From positions 690,001-722,000 of the forward strand of contig JAUWGH010000001.1 in NCBI GenBank assembly GCA_030606485.1: DNA of 32,000 nucleotides. The letters run 5' to 3'. This stretch comes from Promethearchaeota archaeon. GTDB lineage: Archaea > Asgardarchaeota > Lokiarchaeia > Sigyniarchaeales > SOKP01. The translations under genes were made by a program, and so were the position numbers. This document shows positions 27,465-32,000 of this stretch, piece after piece; the stretch's first letter is position 1; the number at the start of each line of letters is the position of its first letter. The notes beneath the pieces were generated by a model, which was not told the DNA's origin, made no database searches, and saw only the letters and a list, made by a program, of their open reading frames with translations.

Positions 27465-28721
27465 TTATTTTGAATTATAATATTCTGAATCCAAATTTGG
27501 AAATAGTTGTTTTTTCCTTCCGATTTTTTTTGAATATATAATCCCCAAATCGAATAGTTTTTTCAAGTGGTAGTGTATTGTTTTATGATCAACTCGAAAT
27601 TTTTTTGTGATCAAATTATTATATATTCCAGGATTTCTTTCAATCATTTCTAGAACCTCTAGTGTAAATTTACTCTTTTGGAGTTTTAAATCAATGTTGC
27701 TAATAGGATTTTTATTATAATATGGAAAATATGCAATATAGTTTCCAATTCTTTTTTTTCCAATAATTTTATAAGTTTCTAAGATATCTAAATGCCAAAC
27801 TAAATTTCCTGCAGCAATTCCAGTTTGTCGTAGTAATTCATTAAAATGAACCCCTGGGTTAGATAAGATTAGATCTATTATTTTATTTCGATTTTCATTT
27901 TCTAAGACTTCTTCTATGGTTAATCGATGAGCTCCTTTATCAATATTTATTAATCTATTTTTTAAGTAATTGATATAATCTGTTTTTGTGATAGCTAAAC
28001 CTAATGTAGCTATAACTACAATGATAATGATAATTAAGATCCATGGCCAAATATCTGAAGAAACGGAAACTTCATAAAGTGTAATATAATATTCAGTATT
28101 TCTTTCAAGATTTAGAATAGTTGTTTCTAAATAACTCTCAGAAGATGATTCATTAATTAATTCTTCTGTTGGAATAATCTGCCAAGATTCATTACTTAAC
28201 TCAAAAACTGCGATAAAATATGTCTTATTTGGATTTATTCCAAAATTTGAGGTCTTATTAAATTGAATAGTTAAATTTTGGATTGAATCATTTGAAATGA
28301 ATTGATATATACAATTAAACCGATATTCAAACCGATTATTTTTATAATTAGGATTACCTGGTTGTTTAGATAATCCAAAATTCATCATATTAGTCTTTGT
28401 ATTTATTTGAAACGATATTGATTGATTATTTTTTATCTTTATATAGAGCTCCCGATTTTGAATTTTATTATCATATTGGATATCGAAATCTATACTGACA
28501 TTTGTATTAATTCCAAATTGAATCCCATTTGAAAAATAATATGTAATTGATTCATTAGGATTGAGAAAATCATGAGTTGAGAAACCTGTAATGTTTTTCT
28601 TTTTAGCTAAAGTTGGAAGTATTGATAGATTGATTTGAATTAAAATGAAAAATATAATTAAAAAAGTGATTTTTATAAGTTTCTCCCGTGATTTAACATT
28701 TTGGGGATATTTTCCAACCAT
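27465..28721 (-). CDS. Membrane-anchored transcription factor: signal/TM, ~190-aa ectodomain, TM, tandem winged helix-turn-helix
   Basis: Hydrophobic ITFLIIFFILIQINLSILP and IWPWILIIIIIVVIATLGLAI; RNKIIDLILSNPGVHFNEL...LVWHLDILE and LEMIERNPGI...IHYHLKKL wHTH repeats. Confidence 0.85.
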   Translation of the reverse strand: MVGKYPQNVKSREKLIKITFLIIFFILIQINLSILPTLAKKKNITGFSTHDFLNPNESITYYFSNGIQFGINTNVSIDFDIQYDNKIQNRELYIKIKNNQSISFQINTKTNMMNFGLSKQPGNPNYKNNRFEYRFNCIYQFISNDSIQNLTIQFNKTSNFGINPNKTYFIAVFELSNESWQIIPTEELINESSSESYLETTILNLERNTEYYITLYEVSVSSDIWPWILIIIIIVVIATLGLAITKTDYINYLKNRLINIDKGAHRLTIEEVLENENRNKIIDLILSNPGVHFNELLRQTGIAAGNLVWHLDILETYKIIGKKRIGNYIAYFPYYNKNPISNIDLKLQKSKFTLEVLEMIERNPGIYNNLITKKFRVDHKTIHYHLKKLFDLGIIYSKKIGRKKQLFPNLDSEYYNSK

Positions 28722-28819
28722 ATTAATCCAATTTGTTTTTAATCAATATTTTTTTAAGAGTTCATTAAAAATTCAGAATAAATTAAAAAAAAAATTATTT
28801 AATATAGATTTTCTTAGTT

Positions 28820-29497
28820 TTACTTTCTTTTCTTTTTCCATATGATTAATCCTGTTATAGCTAAAACCGATACAATTCCTAATCCGATAATCCATGTAAT
28901 TGTGAAATCTTGTTCAAGATTTATTATAGTCCATGTTGAAAAATGATTTGTTTCAGTCACTAAAAACCCATCTTCAAGAACAGTCTCCACCGGAATCCAT
29001 GTTTGTGAATCCTCATCATAATAAGCCCAAGTGCCATGCTTATATTCATCTTCAATGTGCAATTTTAATTTCGCTTGAATGCTTCCATTAACTTGTAAAG
29101 CTACAACAAACCCTGCTTGATAGCGAAATCTATTCCGATTTCTGTTTTGATGTATTTCTCCCTTTAAGAGTCCAAGTTCAGCTTGTTCCTCAGTACATGT
29201 CATATTCATTTTAAGATCTTTAATTGTATTAATTTCAATCTCAAATATCTTATTCCCAATATTTAAGGCATCACACGATATATCTAAATCGAGATTAGCC
29301 GAACAATTGATTCTTAATTGTGTTCTCTGCCGAAAGCGATAATTAACTCTATTATGAGCCATTAGATGGATCTGTGTTGAGTCTCCATTGACATCAACTG
29401 TATTCTGGTTATCTGCTATCACATTTTGGGTACTATCGATGGAAAAAATTATTAAAAACAATAATACACCAAATAAAATCATTTTATTTTTTTTCAT
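28820..29497 (-). CDS. Single-pass surface protein with ectodomain paralogous to 27465-28721 and an HFS motif
   Basis: Signal peptide MKKNKMILFGVLLFLIIFS, ETNHFSTWTII (H185-F186-S187), TM about 198-220, KKKRK stop-transfer tail. Confidence 0.85.
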   Translation of the reverse strand: MKKNKMILFGVLLFLIIFSIDSTQNVIADNQNTVDVNGDSTQIHLMAHNRVNYRFRQRTQLRINCSANLDLDISCDALNIGNKIFEIEINTIKDLKMNMTCTEEQAELGLLKGEIHQNRNRNRFRYQAGFVVALQVNGSIQAKLKLHIEDEYKHGTWAYYDEDSQTWIPVETVLEDGFLVTETNHFSTWTIINLEQDFTITWIIGLGIVSVLAITGLIIWKKKRK

Positions 29498-29684
29498 ACT
29501 TTTAAACCTACTAATATGTTTCTAATAGAAAAGTTTGAATTTTGATTATAAAGGATTGAGGAATAAATTTCCCCATTTAAAAAACTGTAGGTTTAAGGAT
29601 TTTTTTTTAATTGAAAAAAATAAAAATATCAACTAAATATTAAAAATATACGAACTATTATGTAAATAAAGCGATTACCAATAA

Positions 29685-30227
29685 ATGAACAATAAAAAGA
29701 CAATAAAAAGGATTTTAATTTTTGGAATCATAATTATTGGATCAATTTTTTTTGGATTTTTAGGATTTTTATATCCTCCAATTCCCACTAAATGGAATAA
29801 AGACCCTTATTGTATAAATATTTACGAGTTATATAAATTCGCTAATGTCGTAGAAAATGAGCAAGTTGTAATAAATCAAGGAATAAACGATTATAATTAT
29901 AATGAATCATCGGATATTCTTTCAATATTCATAAACGATACTTTTCACAATATTCAAATCACTATTCAATTTAATAATTGGTCGAAACATGAAAAATACA
30001 ACATTATCGATATAAGAATAGGAAGTTCTTATTGCATTAAGGGAAAATCACTTCTTATTTCCGAAGGTATTGTATTAGGCATAGATATCGTGGAAATACG
30101 AAGCTATATAACAAATATTCTCTCATTGGCAGGATTAGCAATTATAGTTCCCTTGATTTTTTATTATTTCAAAGTAGATTTTAAAAAATTAAAAATAAGA
30201 AAAAAGGAATCGAGTAGAGGTTCTTAG
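29685..30227 (+). CDS. Hypothetical membrane protein (two TM helices flanking a beta-rich ~110-aa loop)
   Basis: Hydrophobic N- and C-terminal segments; 1-nt gap to the next gene implies an operon. Confidence 0.65.
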   Translation: MNNKKTIKRILIFGIIIIGSIFFGFLGFLYPPIPTKWNKDPYCINIYELYKFANVVENEQVVINQGINDYNYNESSDILSIFINDTFHNIQITIQFNNWSKHEKYNIIDIRIGSSYCIKGKSLLISEGIVLGIDIVEIRSYITNILSLAGLAIIVPLIFYYFKVDFKKLKIRKKESSRGS

Positions 30228-30228
30228 T

Positions 30229-30837
30229 ATGCCAGATTGGATTGCTCATTTAATGTTTGGAACAATTTTATCCTTCATATTGGGAATCAAAAAGGAGAAA
30301 AGGATAATTTTTTTAATTGGAAATATAATGCCAGATTTTTTAAGATTTCCTGTCTTTATTACAGAATTTCTAAATCTAGATTTACTTTCTGAATTTTTTA
30401 GTTACCCAATAAATGAATCCTCTCATTCTATTATAGGGGTTCTTGCTCTTGCGAGTCTCATTTCAATTTTTTTCGAGGAATCCCTTGAATCTTTAGAATA
30501 TGGAGAAATAAAGCACAATTTAAACACAAATAAAAATAACTATAAATTTAAATTGAACAAATTTCAATCGTTCTGGCAAACAAAAATAAAGAGCCCTTTT
30601 TTCTTGCTTTTTATTGGAGGTTTATTTCATATTTTTTTAGACAGCTTTATGTGGCCTTGGGCAGGAGGAATAAATTGGCTATATCCTTTTGATTTTGCAA
30701 TATTTCGGTGGAGTTTTAAATTATGGTGGCCCTCAAGTTTTGACGCAATAATTCTTTTATTTCCTATTTTTATCATTTCTTTGATTATAAAAAAAGTTTT
30801 AAATATCTATAAAGTTAAAAATCATTCAGAGCTTTAA
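30229..30837 (+). CDS. Membrane-bound metal-dependent hydrolase (YdjM-like)
   Basis: MPDWIAH, GNIMPDF, SHSIIG, GGLFHIFLDSF. Confidence 0.8.
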   Translation: MPDWIAHLMFGTILSFILGIKKEKRIIFLIGNIMPDFLRFPVFITEFLNLDLLSEFFSYPINESSHSIIGVLALASLISIFFEESLESLEYGEIKHNLNTNKNNYKFKLNKFQSFWQTKIKSPFFLLFIGGLFHIFLDSFMWPWAGGINWLYPFDFAIFRWSFKLWWPSSFDAIILLFPIFIISLIIKKVLNIYKVKNHSEL

Positions 30838-30903
30838 TGAGAAGGAAGTAAAATCGCTAAATAGATTTTATTTAAAAAAAGAAAAGTTATTTTGAAGGTT
30901 TTA

Positions 30904-32000
30904 TTAATCAGCAGTTATTTCTATATCCAACTGATCCAGAATCTCTATTAAATCTATTACTTCAAAACCCATATTGAACTTATCATTTGCATCAGATAAA
31001 TTCGTTCTGCAAAATGGACAAGTCGAAGACACAACTGTAGCTCCCGTTTCTTTAGCTTCTTCTAATCTCTCCTTCGAAATTTCTACAGACCAGTCGGGAT
31101 ATCCAATTTTAACGCCTCCTCCTGCTCCGCAACAATATGCGTCTTCTCTGTTTCTCTTCATTTCAACAAAATTAATACCCGGAATCTTCTTATAAACTTC
31201 TCTAGGAATCTCATATATACCAGAGTGCCTACCTAAATGGCAAGGATCATGATAAGTTACAGTTTTATCATAATTTGATTTGAATTTTAATTTCCCTTCA
31301 TCTAAAAGTTGTTTAACTAATTCGGCTGTATGATATAGTTTAAAATCGTATTCAACTCCAAATTTCTCAAAATCATTCTTTAATGTTCGATAACACCCAG
31401 CACAAGAAGTAATCACTTTAGTAGCTCCTGTTTCTTTAATTTTTTCAACATTATAATTCATAAAATCCTTTACGGGACTAATTTGCCCGGTTCTTATAAT
31501 TGGGCTGCAACAACAATGTTCATCGATTAAGGTAAAATCTATGTGGGCTTTTTTAAGAAATCTTAGAGTAGAATCTCTTAAATCTTTTTGACGATAATTT
31601 GATGTGCACCCTATATAATAGACCCATTCTGCTTTATCTAGTAAATTATATTCCTTTTTTAACTCTTCATTATCTGAATTTGGTTCGGCGTAAGGATTAA
31701 ACATTTCTGGGTTCGTAGTGCGTTCCAATAAATTTTTCTGCTTTTCAGGACAAAAACCGTTTTTAACCGCTTCAGCTCGGGCTGCTTCGATAATATCTAC
31801 CCAAAATTCATTAAATTTTACAAATCTGCAATTTTCAACACAATTTCCGCATGTACTACATGCATATAGAATATTAGCTAAATTATCACTCCATTGAAGT
31901 TCATTATTTATTAGACCAAAAATAAGCCACATCCGACCACCAGCACTATACGTTTCGAATCTATACTTGTTATAACTTGGACAATTAAAATCGGAATAAC
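30904..32000 (-). CDS. (Fe-S)-binding oxidoreductase with CCG domains (HdrD/GlpC-like); start lies beyond the right edge
   Basis: The frame stays open upstream of the ORF-track ATG (YSDFNCPSYNKYRFETYSAGGRMW); CSTCGNCVENC, YIGC, HCCCSP, SCAGC, YHDPCHLGR, CCGAGGG, TCPFC. Confidence 0.88.
   Translation of the reverse strand, partial: YSDFNCPSYNKYRFETYSAGGRMWLIFGLINNELQWSDNLANILYACSTCGNCVENCRFVKFNEFWVDIIEAARAEAVKNGFCPEKQKNLLERTTNPEMFNPYAEPNSDNEELKKEYNLLDKAEWVYYIGCTSNYRQKDLRDSTLRFLKKAHIDFTLIDEHCCCSPIIRTGQISPVKDFMNYNVEKIKETGATKVITSCAGCYRTLKNDFEKFGVEYDFKLYHTAELVKQLLDEGKLKFKSNYDKTVTYHDPCHLGRHSGIYEIPREVYKKIPGINFVEMKRNREDAYCCGAGGGVKIGYPDWSVEISKERLEEAKETGATVVSSTCPFCRTNLSDANDKFNMGFEVIDLIEILDQLDIEITAD

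Noticed and set aside
1980-31195. Short ORF-track entries antisense to or nested in larger genes (e.g. 1980, 1996, 4794, 5584, 5976, 6142, 8193, 10843, 16211, 17590, 17815, 18733, 19388, 19972, 22991, 23671, 26624, 27023, 28645, 30974)
   Set aside because: Shadow frames of well-supported genes with no independent motifs
31467-31476. CCTTTACGGG partial match to the HTH_10 operator
   Set aside because: Inside a CDS and lacks the second arm
30904-32000. Possible selenocysteine readthrough in the Fe-S oxidoreductase or elsewhere
   Set aside because: No in-frame TGA in the visible part and no split redox gene in the window
1-32000. CRISPR array, tRNA/rRNA, integrase or intact transposase
   Set aside because: No periodic repeat-spacer pattern, no GC-rich structured RNA and no recombinase motifs seen

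Overview
Very AT-rich, densely coding archaeal DNA, most likely an Asgard (Lokiarchaeia-like) genome. This is inferred from a stand-alone uDENN/longin-like protein, a histone-fold protein, membrane-anchored tandem winged-helix regulators, oligo-T terminators and frequent TTG starts. About 33 CDS/pseudogenes, mostly metabolic or housekeeping: D-aminoacylase, PRTase, GH31, nadA, ogt, glucan phosphorylase, Dus, mtnA, 4-hydroxybutyryl-CoA dehydratase, three ICMT-family methyltransferases, PHP, MBL, MFS, HdrD-like Fe-S protein. I found no rRNA, tRNA, CRISPR array, integrase or recognisable transposase. Main observations: (1) a tandem pair of membrane proteins with paralogous ectodomains, one carrying an HF|S autoproteolysis-type motif 11 residues before its TM helix, the other carrying a cytoplasmic double winged-helix DNA-binding module; (2) three separate ~1.4-1.5 kb cargo blocks, each bracketed by a duplicated copy of the terminus of the neighbouring gene (69-bp direct repeat, 31-bp perfect inverted repeat plus a ~74-bp direct repeat, and a relic VEILEDK C-terminus); (3) a histone with a Lys/Ser/Gly-rich insertion in loop L2. 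All family assignments come from motif recognition by eye, not database searches.
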